Shown: positions 45,301-56,227, counted from the stretch's first letter. The stretch: 64,000 nucleotides of DNA from Epithemia pelagica (GCA_946965045.2 OX337235.1:2170001-2234000); one strand, 5' to 3'. Numbers and translations are program-made. Notes: a model not told the origin generated them from the letters alone.

Positions 45301-47672
45301 CTATCTGAGGCTTCCACATTTTCGGTTTTGGTTCGCTCAGAGTTCGTTGTATCAAGTGCTGTCACCGCCGCTGTAGGCTCCGTCGTTCCGTTAACTTCCA
45401 TTCCGTTGAGAGCAGCGACTATACGGCGCGTGGCCTCTGAATCAAACGCAGCTTTCTCCTCGACGGAGGGGGTCTCACTATGAACAGGCTGTATCTCAAG
45501 AGAAGTCGACATTTCTGTATCGTCCAATAATTCCCGTGAAATCTTTTGGCTCAACTCTTCTGAACGATCGATACTATTGAAGCTTTCCAACACGGATTCC
45601 TGTGAGTTCTCAGCTTTCATTCTCTCGTTTGGTTTATCCACACTTGTTTCACTTGTTATTGTGTTTTCATCAAATGGCAGACTCGGGTCCCAGGGAATAT
45701 TTCTATCTCCGCTGTCCTTTTTCTGATGTTTTGAACCATTTATTTCGTGTCGCATAGAATCCTTCTCCGTTCCTTCAGTTGCCTGAAGCCCGACGTCGTC
45801 AAGTTGACCTTCACTTTCAAATCCTCCTTCGGAACTTTCGCGGTGCCCCTCGTCCGAGAAATCATTGCTTTTGCGCTTGATCTCTTTCGTTTTTGGTGAT
45901 GCTAGGAGTGCCCGAGCCTTTTCGAGGACACGAGATCGTCGCTCGGTCAACATTTGTCTCTCCTTCTCCATTTCTCTTGAGATCGAAGAAGGGGTTGAAA
46001 TAGATGCTTCGTTTCCATCGCCAATAACAACTTGAACCATGGATCCTTTGCTTTTCAAGTTTTCCACCAGTCTAGGTTCATCTTCTCTTGTTTCTGAAAG
46101 TTCTGTTCGCATTTGATCTGTCTTCAAGGGGCCGTCCATCCCTGCTTTCAGATTATGGTTAAGATCTTCAGTACGTCTACCAGTTATCCATGGTCTGCTC
46201 CAGAGCATGTTCGCACGAGATGCCTTGGTCCTCTCTTCTGTCGGTGAACGCTTAGGACTTTCCAGGGAACTAGTATTTTGACCCAACTCTGAACTGTCAG
46301 ATCGATCTTTTGTGTCATCGAAGTCCGCGGAAGGACTTTCAAATGGAACGTCCATGACTGCTGAGAATTTATCATCAGTATCTGTTTTTGGAGAGGTGAC
46401 AATCTTCTGTGGACGAGTCCACAACGTTCGCTTCCTGTGTAGCTCTGTTCTTGGGGAGCTTGTTTCTGACTGTCGGCTCTCGAACGAGTCCGTAGCGACT
46501 TGATTGTTTTTGCTTGCTGAAATAGGGGATTGATGACGGTTTGTCGTCTTCATATTACTGGAATGATATAATGACAACACATCAGTATGCACGGGTGTGC
46601 TTCCACCTATGCTATTGCTGTTTCCTTGTTGATCCGTGCCTTCTGGGGCAATGACTGGATCGACCGATCTTCCAGGGTTGATACCAAGCGAGGGTGACTC
46701 GCTCTGGAAGCGCACGCTTCGGCGATACTTCGTACCGTTCGCACGGGGTGATGACAAGTATCGTTCCTCAGTTGCTTCCCTTTTAGGACTCAAGGTACCT
46801 CGGTCTTTGACCAGCTTATTCGAGTACCTCTTCACAACTGATTCTGAGTACTGATTGTCAAACAGGGAGTCCTTTTGCTGTCTAGCGTACTCTTCCTCGG
46901 CCTCGATCACCGATGTCACGGACGTAGTAGCGGTGGGAACGGACGACGGATTACTTTGCTTTGTAGTCTCTGCTCCATGGCTTGATGACGTGGATCGATG
47001 GCCGGGTGAAGGAGGACTCTTGGGATGCGATGATCGAATGGGAGACAGGTTTCCTGAAACTTTCAGGTCAAAGTTTCTTATGGGAGAGGAACCACCAGCT
47101 GGAGATCTAGGGCTTGATTCTCGTCTTCTATTTTTGTCCACAGAAGTCTCCATTCTTCTGGATTCCACAACATCGTCGAATTCTTCCATGACCATGACTC
47201 CATCCATTTTGCGATCCATGTTGAGAGGTTGTTCCGACGTTCCGTTCGCACGATAGAGATGCCTTGTTGCACCCATTTTGTCATAATCGTTATTTCGATA
47301 TCGAGACGTATGCTTTGGCGAAAATGATTCATATTCGGCAGACTCCTCTCGGTAAGCAGTTCCTGATGAAAAATTCCCATTTCCCCTTCTAACAGGACTA
47401 TGACTGCCTCCTCTGGTTGCATTTGTTGAATGATCGTCTGAGAATCCATGCTTTCTTTCTCCCCCTTGATAGCCCCCCTGGTAATCGACTAGCGTTAAAT
47501 CAATAACATCATCATCCCGTTGATCGTCAACAGCATCATCCAGCACAATGGGATGAGGAGTTCCTCTCGATTCATACATGTCAGGATGAAGCGGCGGTTT
47601 TCCATTCCTCCACATGGTGATTGAAACCTCAGAGCTTTGTTGTGCCCTTACGCTGTTATCTCTTGCATACAT
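42357..47672 (-). CDS. Very large disordered protein (1771 aa), GCAW-motif family member 3
   Basis: Single ORF; SLVSYLGSED..VPMIVRMLDKGCAWLEGHNCG; C-terminal helix EEERLAALELAERLRSRA followed by a basic tail. Confidence 0.75.
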   Translation of the reverse strand: MYARDNSVRAQQSSEVSITMWRNGKPPLHPDMYESRGTPHPIVLDDAVDDQRDDDVIDLTLVDYQGGYQGGERKHGFSDDHSTNATRGGSHSPVRRGNGNFSSGTAYREESAEYESFSPKHTSRYRNNDYDKMGATRHLYRANGTSEQPLNMDRKMDGVMVMEEFDDVVESRRMETSVDKNRRRESSPRSPAGGSSPIRNFDLKVSGNLSPIRSSHPKSPPSPGHRSTSSSHGAETTKQSNPSSVPTATTSVTSVIEAEEEYARQQKDSLFDNQYSESVVKRYSNKLVKDRGTLSPKREATEERYLSSPRANGTKYRRSVRFQSESPSLGINPGRSVDPVIAPEGTDQQGNSNSIGGSTPVHTDVLSLYHSSNMKTTNRHQSPISASKNNQVATDSFESRQSETSSPRTELHRKRTLWTRPQKIVTSPKTDTDDKFSAVMDVPFESPSADFDDTKDRSDSSELGQNTSSLESPKRSPTEERTKASRANMLWSRPWITGRRTEDLNHNLKAGMDGPLKTDQMRTELSETREDEPRLVENLKSKGSMVQVVIGDGNEASISTPSSISREMEKERQMLTERRSRVLEKARALLASPKTKEIKRKSNDFSDEGHRESSEGGFESEGQLDDVGLQATEGTEKDSMRHEINGSKHQKKDSGDRNIPWDPSLPFDENTITSETSVDKPNERMKAENSQESVLESFNSIDRSEELSQKISRELLDDTEMSTSLEIQPVHSETPSVEEKAAFDSEATRRIVAALNGMEVNGTTEPTAAVTALDTTNSERTKTENVEASDSVESRRVDSSGNETTSNHEVETTTTTEQPEAVRFVTENKSPVDANVISMSQKAAPSSLDQPPTQSSTEGQAHSFLLEHTPDETINGEISKDVEQLPSGASGNQETPGMPPSPVLPTHDTNDEQESKPVAPPPPEYDVGSRQELSHSESELVSIDGRLNPYGSPHHPYRREVMWSKKRSSSLPRTFARSGNYPARIEPETAFDHLRATIMKLDVPDEANIAVSSSDDHHGNHDTNATPLKGPQRIEMPSIDAALSSFSHEPIYGSSARIGKNDNSPMPARDIGFNIFRRHNDEEAARPMESSGKSAQNEESISLLQKSQERNSVKKPGSSDGVSQKSSTPLGPPGISLNSHKLTQEKPTRAMSLKPSSNRNTPLHHNGARILSMVEPKGERGADESDSNDRDNETREDTDSKLSLVSYLGSEDSDLDTNFESSTVPMIVRMLDKGCAWLEGHNCGFESPSLLKESKSKAQGGGTGLLPHSSNFSSKNLKKKAPLVNKYASGRLATKRITGSTELKPRPSVKKTNNATNASASPVSKSDAQGGVNVISVDVANEQLDNSNDGEVPDTRDSSSNRKTNTTNDNHGTMVQEKRDIAESLNVRSDDVILVQAEFDANNGNLESDNTDKQTSGTSILHPIDVETVEDHRTRSPVDPPVVLSRSEGESTINLLSLDGLPTEMIQEADPSEFTKYFHGEERRSSGRDRREPARVGGHIRERFNAGVPAVSEARNGSAVSTPGGKDDVAWRSSIQGMDGTHDVYLIGATPQIGHEFLVDDNTGVHVVDDGDELFVLSESENSGEGGHAGTRYEQSTDNRNGLTVDVEESSDPPEDTSGDSRGRRSPIRRPKEDPRESQHHDAIHQMHSRSDYNGEVHRRGFSVDPEEEISGFNPIMASLEEIGGDFAGREEPNLRSSSSKVSKKSHKSAKKSHKITTQIDATVFRNLTEEERLAALELAERLRSRAQKLKKRRKKREKRFKLQHATSFGS

Positions 47673-48875
47673 TTAGTCAAGTTTCAAGCAGCACGAAAGT
47701 TGGAGCTTTCACAACAACATGAACAACATCTCTTTTGGTTGCTTCCATGGCATGGATCCGGATCGCTTTTTGCTTCCTCGTCCGCCATAAAGCGATGATG
47801 TGCGTTTGGCGACGGTGCGGATAATAATAAAGACGGATAAATAGGGAGCATGCTTGTTTCCAAGCACCCGTTGGGTCCGTTGTGGTGTAAACGGTTCTGG
47901 AAAATACATCTACTTAGGGGAACATCATGCATTCCCCCAGGGAGCCGGCCGACCGAGTTTTCAACCGGACACTGGAAAATGGGGGGAAACAACCCTGTCT
48001 GTGCCAAGTCGGTATTCGTACTTAACATGAAAAGAGATTGAAATAATATTATGATCTCTGCCTTCCTTTCTACGATCGGGCCATTCCATGTAGACGAACA
48101 GGTGTCCCAACTGTTTTGAACATTGGAAGGAAAATGACGAACTGGAGCCAAGAATCATGTCCCTAAAACAAACTCGAATATCAACACTACCGTGGAAATG
48201 TGCTCCTTTCATCACCGAGCGACATAGAAAGGATCAGGTGGATTCTGACTATGTAACACGTTTTATGCTCTGGTCTCACGGGCATCGAGATACAAGTCTC
48301 CCATGATAAACACAAGAGGCCCTGTCGTCAACCTCAACCTGGTTATCTGTCCTACTATCGTGGGTAGAAGGAAGCGCTGGTCTCTAAAAATCAGATTTCG
48401 TTTCATATCAATGCTGGACATTTCTGGATATTCTTTGCACATCGAAATCACTGTAGGTATGATTGTTTCATTTCCCTTTTCCCTGCGCAAGTGCGTTCGC
48501 ATTGTGTATTGTTTGGGAGAAGCCTGACCATGATTATTTTCGACTCGTGCTTTGTGTTTTGTGTTTTGTACTCCTCTTGATGATCTAAAATCCAAAACAT
48601 TTTTGATTTTGGACAATGGCATGTCCCGCGTGTGGCGTGACTTGAAGTTAACGGCTGGAGTTTGATTGATCATAGCGTGCGTGTTCGATCTTGGCGGGAT
48701 TTCGTTACAATAAGATTTATAGTAGGACGATGATCTTCTGCATCATGCATGGACTGGCTGCGGCAATTACTAAAAATGCGGGAGAAAATTACCAAAAACT
48801 TGCTCACAATCGTCAATCTTGCCAATTGTCAATTGGAGCAACGCTAGTCGGGCCGTCTTCTCAAAAGCTGTGAAA

Positions 48876-50120
48876 ATGACGCTAATGCAACGCGTCTCAG
48901 CCTACGACCAGGATGATTCGGTGAATGGTTCTGTTGGAGGCAAGCAACAAATTTCTCCATCAAGCCAGGGCAGCAATGACGCAGGCGATTCATCACGCAA
49001 CGAGAAAGTCAATAATCAAGCTAGTTCGGACGACGGCAATGCTTTGAAAATGAATTCGTGGTTCAGTTCTACATCCTATGATCCAGAACTAATGACCCCA
49101 ATGCTTAACAACAACGGCTCTGGCGGAAATCCTAACATGGCGAACATGAGGCCAAGTAGCTCCACCAAGAAGCGCCGAGTTGTCCGGTTGTTGCGAGCCG
49201 CTGTATCATCTCAAAGAGTCAGATGGTGTGTCATGACGGTTCTGGTCGTGTTGGTGTTTCTTTTTTCATTAGTGGGATTGCCGTTCCCCGATCGACGATT
49301 GCCAGAACTTCCTCCGTTGCCTGCCAACCCTCGTCGTGCGTTTGCTTCACTTCACTCCGACTCGAATCCATGCTATGATATGCTTCTTTTCGTGTGCCTT
49401 TCGACATGGCAGTCGACAAAGTCGAAATATCCAATGTTGGTGCTTCATTCAATACCATTGCCGGAGAAGGTACAAGCTTTGATTGATGCGCAACCGCCTT
49501 TGGCCGATTCGAAACAATCATCGCAAGCAGGAAGAATTATTCCTGTTTCTATTCCAGTCGTCAAAAACTTTTTTGTCCTCAAGGACCGAGTTCGTACCGC
49601 CGCGGCAAAATTCGCTGTGTGGGACCAAACCGAATATGACCAAGTGGCTTACTTTGATAGCGACTCCATCTTTTTCGATTCGGGTGACTCCATCTTTGAT
49701 TGTCCTGTGGACCACACTGGAAATTTGTGGCTGTATGCACGACCTTATGCCAAGTACTGGGCACGTGGAATTCGTATATTTAACAGTGGTAATTTCTTGA
49801 TCCGTCCCAGTGTGGCTGTATACCACAAGATTCTGGAACTCTTTGAACGACGCTTTTGGATCTTGTCCCTTCAGCAATTTTTCAAAACGGCCGATCAAGG
49901 TTTTCTGAACGCTGTCTTTTCGCCCTACGGAAAGTCGTGGGACTTTTTGGAGTCGCCACCCGCTCGTGCCAAGCACGTCAAACTCTGGCTGGCAGTGGAT
50001 GGTGAAAGTCGGTGGAATGTTACAGCGCAAGACCAGAAAGACGCTGTGCAAATAGTCAAGGACCTTGCTCTGGAACAGGATATGGAAACCTGCCGAAACC
50101 ACAGAAGGTACTCTGATTAG
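48876..50120 (+). CDS. Glycosyltransferase family 8 (glycogenin-like fold), type II membrane protein
   Basis: TM WCVMTVLVVLVFLFSLVGL; KFAVWDQTEYDQVAYFDSD (DxD), FNSG..LIRPS, DQGFLN and terminal H motifs. Confidence 0.8.
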   Translation: MTLMQRVSAYDQDDSVNGSVGGKQQISPSSQGSNDAGDSSRNEKVNNQASSDDGNALKMNSWFSSTSYDPELMTPMLNNNGSGGNPNMANMRPSSSTKKRRVVRLLRAAVSSQRVRWCVMTVLVVLVFLFSLVGLPFPDRRLPELPPLPANPRRAFASLHSDSNPCYDMLLFVCLSTWQSTKSKYPMLVLHSIPLPEKVQALIDAQPPLADSKQSSQAGRIIPVSIPVVKNFFVLKDRVRTAAAKFAVWDQTEYDQVAYFDSDSIFFDSGDSIFDCPVDHTGNLWLYARPYAKYWARGIRIFNSGNFLIRPSVAVYHKILELFERRFWILSLQQFFKTADQGFLNAVFSPYGKSWDFLESPPARAKHVKLWLAVDGESRWNVTAQDQKDAVQIVKDLALEQDMETCRNHRRYSD

Positions 50121-50318
50121 TTTCTTTGATGAAAGGAACAAAAGGATCCATCGTTTCGTCGTATGTGCCTTTCTTTCCTTCAGTTAAGCGATATATTATG
50201 GATAAAGAACACTCAGTTGATAACTCAATGAACAGATTGAATTTAAATTAGCATTACGTTACCCATGTCGCCTTGAAATCGTGAAATATAACGTGCACGT
50301 CAACCTACATCAAACGGC

Positions 50319-51503
50319 TCAAGACGAGGGAACACATTGGTCACATTGACAGTCAAATTGGTATGCATCTCGAAGAACTGCTCTTTGGCGCTTCTGCTGC
50401 TGCTTTCTGTTTGATGACATTGATGGATTCTGACTGTCAGGATCCATGTAGGAAATAGTAATCTCTTGACCCGACAAAATCGTTCCAACATGGGAGGTCA
50501 AAACAAGATGCGGAAATTCACCCACATTGCCCAGCTCGAACGTTTGTAACGCGTTCGGCTTACAGGAATGATTCACCAAGTAGGCGGGAGACTCAAACAG
50601 TGCCGTTCCAAGAATACCATCATCTACTGTTGTATTTGTATTGCTTCGGTTGGCAGTAGTGACGGAGAATGCGTTGGCCTTGACGCGTGAAAGAGCCTGT
50701 TGAATCAATTGAGGATTGGGCATGACACCTTCCCATTGCTCTAATGCCGCCTGTGCAAGCATAAAGACGGTGAAGATGAACGCTTGTTCATGAATTTGAG
50801 CATTGTCGTTGCTTGCTACACGTCTGTCGTCATTCGCCTGAGGTACCATATCCATTACATCCTCCCAATTATTTAACGCAATGACCGATTTTTTCTCCTC
50901 TATTCCAACCTTCTTGATTCTGAGCTTTGATCCTTTGAAGCTGTAGTAAAGCAATCGGTATACAAGAAGAGCCGTCGGAAAAAGTTTGGGGATCCGACCT
51001 TGCTGTAAAACCCGGACAATCGCATTCTGCTCTTCATACAATCCCAATTGTGTGGCTGTTTTACGGCATTCTCCCGAACAAAGTAGCATTGGATACAACG
51101 ACGATCCCGACGATGAACTCTCTGTTGTTTTTTCTCGGCAGGGACGAAAACAAATGGCACAATGTGTTTGGCGTCGAGACTCGAGCAGCACTGGAGGTAC
51201 CAGGGCCCGAGCCCCTCGGAACAGAGTTTGGTTTCGCCGAATTGGATCATCATTCATGCTTCCATCCACTGCTTTTCCTTTCCTCTGTTCCACGATTTCT
51301 GGCTCTGGATCATGACAACTAGACGACGCAGTAACAGTTGCCCCTTTGTTCTGCTGCTTCTGGCTGCCCACAACCAACAGACTTGGTCCTCCCATGCATT
51401 CTCCCACGGCAATGTCTCGAACAGCACACAGGCCGCGTCCCTTGGAACGCGTCACATGTCGCACAGCGTAGCATGAATCGTTCTGTTGGTAGCCGTCGTC
51501 CAT
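50319..51503 (-). CDS. SET/MYND (SMYD-type) lysine methyltransferase
   Basis: KGRGLCAVRDIAVGE, MYND-like CAIC..CSGEC, VNHSCKPN, EITISY, post-SET YQFDCQCDQC. Confidence 0.85.
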   Translation of the reverse strand: MDDGYQQNDSCYAVRHVTRSKGRGLCAVRDIAVGECMGGPSLLVVGSQKQQNKGATVTASSSCHDPEPEIVEQRKGKAVDGSMNDDPIRRNQTLFRGARALVPPVLLESRRQTHCAICFRPCREKTTESSSSGSSLYPMLLCSGECRKTATQLGLYEEQNAIVRVLQQGRIPKLFPTALLVYRLLYYSFKGSKLRIKKVGIEEKKSVIALNNWEDVMDMVPQANDDRRVASNDNAQIHEQAFIFTVFMLAQAALEQWEGVMPNPQLIQQALSRVKANAFSVTTANRSNTNTTVDDGILGTALFESPAYLVNHSCKPNALQTFELGNVGEFPHLVLTSHVGTILSGQEITISYMDPDSQNPSMSSNRKQQQKRQRAVLRDAYQFDCQCDQCVPSS

Positions 51504-53098
51504 GTCATGGCGGAAGTGTCATGCTCAATCAGCTACCATAGCTATTGTTACCTCTAGAGAGAGATCTCGTCGTCGTCGTCAACGCGTTCTTCTTGCTCTT
51601 TGGCAGCTGTTATTCAGTATGATGTTTTGAGTACAATCCTACTATGAATTCTTTGCAGTTCTTGGAAAATGAATGGCTGTCTGGCTCTCATGAGACGGAA
51701 GACGGAATGACCTCTCCACTTATCGAAGTGGGGCTGAAAGATTTTCTACTATGAATATTCAAACGAAGCGTTTTACATATATCCCCACAAACGTAGGCTA
51801 TTCGATCGGCCGTTTGATTCTGGCTATTCTGTGATGAGGCTGAATTGAATGAGGCCTACAGAGACAGAGGCTCAAGGCCAACCAGAATTCCAATATCTGG
51901 AATCTACAATCTGGTAGATCAACACAAGAGCAAGATTTGTACGGACCCATTGGCATTCGGCAATGAGGGTCTTCCGCAATGAGTTTCAGAGAACGATATC
52001 CGTGCGACACAGTTCTATTACTGCCATTCAGGGTATCCATGCAAAATGCAGCAATAGGGTTTCGTGCTTTCCTGACAACCGTTGTTCGCCACGAGATTCT
52101 ACTATTCTCGTACTGCCAGAGTGTGACGTGTTGAAACAGTTTCTGCCCATCATGAGGAAACCTTGAAATAATGTGTTCAGTCGGAACTGACCATTTTCTT
52201 TCAGGGTTTACTCGTGGTCAGTGGAAACATCCAGAACGACGATGTGACATTATGAAAGGTCATTCCAAGTTCCTGGATGCGACAAGCCATCGACTCCTCT
52301 GAACCGGAAGTGGAACAAGTCCACGTACACTGACAAAAATATGCCCTTGTGCTATTGGTCAGAATCCTCAGGTTGAAGGTAGGCTTTTGCTTTCTTCATC
52401 ATGGGTCCCAATCAAGTTCAATAACGGCTAGAACAAAACCACCACCACCACCCATCATGTTCCTGTGACGATGCACGAGGAACTAGAAGCACCACACTAC
52501 TACTGCAAGCAGCAACATGCGTTGGCTTCACACAGCAGGTAAGCAGGCCATTAGCTACGCTCAACGCCATCCTTTTGACTCGTTGACAATGAATGCCCCT
52601 CCCCTACTGGTGTTTCATCATGGCTCACTGATCTGGGTCCCAGATCCATGGGTTCCAGAACTGTCCATCCGTTCAGTGAATGTAAGTTGCATTCTGGAAG
52701 CTTGTTTGCCCTCAAAGAGGAAACTCTCAGTGGATTGGATCTTTGTTGTCTCAGACGTAAATCAACGTCGTTTGCTTCAGCACAGCCATGAGCTCGATTC
52801 GGATACTTTCTCTTCCATAAACAAGCAGATCTTTAATCCTCTACATCCATCATTGGCATCACAGAGGATAGCTCGTTGTCTGCTGGCTTCTACTGCTGAC
52901 CAAAATGCTGGTGATGAGAGGCAGCCTCGAACGACGGCCAATGTGAACATCCTTATACATTGCAAGGGGTGCCCTGATTTCTGAGGATCTAGATGATTGC
53001 ATCAAAGGCATCGTAAGAGGTAGGTCAGGGGAATTCAAACTCGCTGATACTATCTACTGCTACAAGCTCGGATCGAAGAAATGGGGGAACAAGAGGGT

Positions 53099-53535
53099 TC
53101 TTGAGGATTTTGAACGAAGACATGAGTTGTGGCGACAACCTATTTGTTATTCGTTTTTTTTCGGTCTTTTGAGCCGAATGAGGTTTGTTTGCTCTCAATC
53201 AGCGGAATCAGGAAGATGTCGCTCAAGCTCAGGTATTGGGCGGGTTCTTTTCGTCGTCTACAATGAGTGATAGTGCGTTGATGTACTTTATCTGCGAAAC
53301 CTGTAACGCTTGAATGGCTCTTGAGGATTTTTGAACGAAGACATGAGTTGTGGTGACTACCTATTTGTTATTCGTTTGGTTTTTTTTCGGTCTTTTGAGC
53401 CAAATGAGGTTTGTTGTGCTCTCAATCAGAGGAATAAGGAAAATGTCGCTCAAGCTCAGGTATTTGGCGGGTTCTTTTCGTCGTCTACAATGAGTGATAG
53501 CGCTTTATCTGCGAAACCTGTAACGCTTGAATGGC
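53099..53535. repeat. Tandem duplication of an ~220-bp unit (53099-53318, 53319-53535)
   Basis: Two adjacent copies starting TCTTGAGGATTTT and ending ACGCTTGAATGGC, differing by scattered substitutions and small indels. Confidence 0.9.
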
Positions 53536-53750
53536 CGGGCACCAAGTTACTGTTCAGTTTCCAGGCTAGTTCTCATTTTCATCTAAAGTATCATGATATG
53601 CTTACGACAACTAACGTGCACCACCGTGATTTTTAATGATGTTTACATGTTTGGAATGTTAACTACGGAAAGATCGGTTTTTAAAATCTTCAAGTATACG
53701 GTATCGGTGGTCTTTTCATCGAACACAACTATTCATTCTTTTTGCATAAA

Positions 53751-55024
53751 TCAGGCTTCATCATGGTGCTCACCTTCTCCCTCCTCGTGGTGCTCAGCCT
53801 CTTCATCACTGTGAGCTTCGCAATGGCCGTGTTTCAAGAGCACAAGACCAATGGGAACTGTACCAAGGATGAAGCACGACAGGAATATAGCAGTGTCGCG
53901 CAGTGATGCGACCGCGTTTTGTGCACGAGGAATACACTCTACTCCACTGATATAGACGTACACACCTGCCGAAATGGCTAAAATTACCCCTTGTGCCATT
54001 TCACTAATATCGGAAGCAAGGATAACAATGGTACCAAGGAAAATGGAAAATCCTGCAACGAAATTAAGGATGAGCGCACCGGGTACCGTGAGACCACAAT
54101 GCTGGGTCAAGAGAGAGTAATCAGCAATTTCCTGAGCCAATTCATGGTAAATAGTCGTGGCCATGACAGTGTATCCAACTTCATTTCCGCACAACATGAA
54201 GCTGGTTCCGATGAAAACACCATCGGTAAAGTTATGGAAGAAGTCTCCAACAAGGATGCTGGTCGCAAGGCCCCAATTCTTTTCCTTATTCTTCTGCATT
54301 GGCACTTGTTCAGCGGGTGCTTCTTTGACCACTTCCGGTTTCACAAAAGCACTTTCATCATTAATGACTTCTTCTATCTTGTCAGGAGCCTCGGGCTGTT
54401 CTTCATTTTCTTCGGATTTTTCCAGGATGTGTTCTTGAGATCCGCTCGTGATGTTGAGTCTGAGGCCTTCTCCTCGCCAATGTCTTCGGAGCTCTCGATT
54501 TGTCTGGAAGGAATGATAGCATGGAGAATGGCAGGCAGGAGAAAACCACCTAGCAAAGAAGCCCCAAACTTCCAGGCTGTATCATTATGCTGTTCAAGTT
54601 CGCCTTCTTCCAACATCCTGTGGCGCCGCGCTTCTCCGCCTTCGTCTTCATTGTGTTCTCCCTCACCTTCGTCCTCGTGATGTTCTTCTGCGTGTGCTTC
54701 GTCACCGTGAGCACTGTGTCCACCACCAATCAATTCAAAGGCTTCGGGGACCAGCAAGAAGACCACTGTTGCAAGCAACGCGCCTCCTGCAAAGCTGGGG
54801 ATGATGATGTCGTGCACCATTGCCCACACGCTGGATCTTCCTCGTTCCATGCGTTTCTTGTTGTAAGCGCCTACCATCAAAGAAACGAATACACCTACTA
54901 GCGTTACCATTTGTACGATGAGCGAAGCTGCGAACACATGCCCCCAGGGCTTGTCCTCGTCACCATGATCTTCTTCATCGTGATGTGTTTCGAACTCCTC
55001 GCCTTCGTCTAAGAAACGATACAT
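53751..55024 (-). pseudogene. ZIP (Zrt/Irt-like) metal transporter with a frameshift in the cytosolic loop (pseudogene or assembly error)
   Basis: His/Glu-rich N-terminus; FAGGALLA..FLLVPEA; GDFFHNFTDG and HELAQEIAD metal-site helices. The frame changes near 54440 with no GT-AG intron available. Confidence 0.75.
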
Positions 55025-55157
55025 CTTTTCAATTTCGCAGCAATCTTTTATGAGATCGAAGTATGAGCGGTAATTTTGCTTCGGGTTCAATGTTGAACAC
55101 CAAATACCAAAGTTTATTGTGTCTGTTGCAAGTGAAAGTGCCACGAAGCCGCTCTAA

Positions 55158-55945
55158 GGGCCTGTGTCCAGGGAATGTGTTTTTGAGTTCTGAAATCGAG
55201 TTTCGAGTTTCGAGGTTGAGCCAATAGGTTATGGTCCCCTTGAAAACTCGAAAACACAACCTCGAATCCCCCAAATCTTGGCAATCCCCCAACGACCTTG
55301 CCAAGATTCTGAAATCGAGTTTCGAGTTTCGAGGTTTGCAAAGAGCCCCACGCGCTCCTACAAAACCCACCTTTCAGCCGCCGGGCTCTCTGTTTCTCAT
55401 TTCGATCTCTCCGACAACAACAACGAGGCAATCTCTCTTGTCCATCATAGACAATAGTACTCCTAGCACAATGATTGATGTGATATAAGTAGGAGCTTCT
55501 CTAGAAAATAAGCAAGTATTATTAACCTGTCGCTGCCATGGAAGTAATGGTCACAACCACTGTCAATGGTCAAAAGTAAATAGTTCTCATCTCTCCATAG
55601 ATGACATGGTTACGGAACAAAGCCCGCATCCTGCTCCATGGACGGGCTCTACAAATATTCTGCCTTCTCCCGTTATGCAATGTGATATTAGGAATTAGGA
55701 GTACTCAAGCGACATTTGTTTGTCGTCATTGTCAATTGCCGTTGTGCTCGTTCATGCGCCGGTAGGGGGGAAGCATGGGAGTGCACGAGTATTGAAAAAT
55801 AAAACTCGAAACTCGAAACTCGAAAATACAGTTTTTACCTGGACACGTACATCCAGATCGTTGTTTCAAGGTAGGGACAGAGCCCCACCTCAAAACTCGA
55901 AACTCGATTTCAGACCTCGAAAACACATTCCCTGGACACAGGGCC
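55158..55945. mobile_element. PIF/Harbinger-like MITE (788 bp) with TAA TSD and subterminal AAACTCG repeats
   Basis: TIR GG(G/C)CCTGTGTCCAGGGAATGTGTTTT..GAAATCGAGTTTCGAGTTT (~50 bp); TAA at 55155-55157 and 55946-55948. Confidence 0.88.
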
Positions 55946-56098
55946 TAAGAAAACCCGTCCGTTGGGCATACGGAGCACCGTCATGGGTGCACGGGTACAA
56001 AAGACATTCCAAACAAAGAAGTGAACTAAAATATAGGTTACAGAGTCACTACTCCCTATCTTCTCGATTTTCATACGTACGACATACATACTTTCTTA
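55946..56098 (-). repeat. 3' LTR of Copia 2
   Basis: Direct repeat of 62406-62558; ends TAAGAAA/TTTCTTA. Confidence 0.95.
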
Positions 56099-56227
56099 GT
56101 CCCCTCAAACAGTACTCGATCCCATTGAGAGCTGTTTGCCATCCCAGTAGTAAGTGTATTCGGGCCAACTAGCCCAGGAAACCTCAAGACCTGCACAAAA
56201 CCTCATAAACGAAGATGAGGAAAGGAC

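Noticed and set aside
47684-48673. Fragmentary minus-strand frames including FVIFLPMFKTVGT, reminiscent of a sulfotransferase PAPS-binding loop
   Set aside because: Many stops and only a single weak motif; cannot be supported without a homology search.
51600-53098. Possible pseudogene or transposase remnant (ORF 52517-52984 and neighbours)
   Set aside because: No recognisable domain and frequent stops.
55941-55945. Initial impression that Copia 2 lacks a TSD (GGGCC versus GCTCA)
   Set aside because: GGGCC is the end of the nested MITE; the real TSD, GCTC, lies at 55151-55154.
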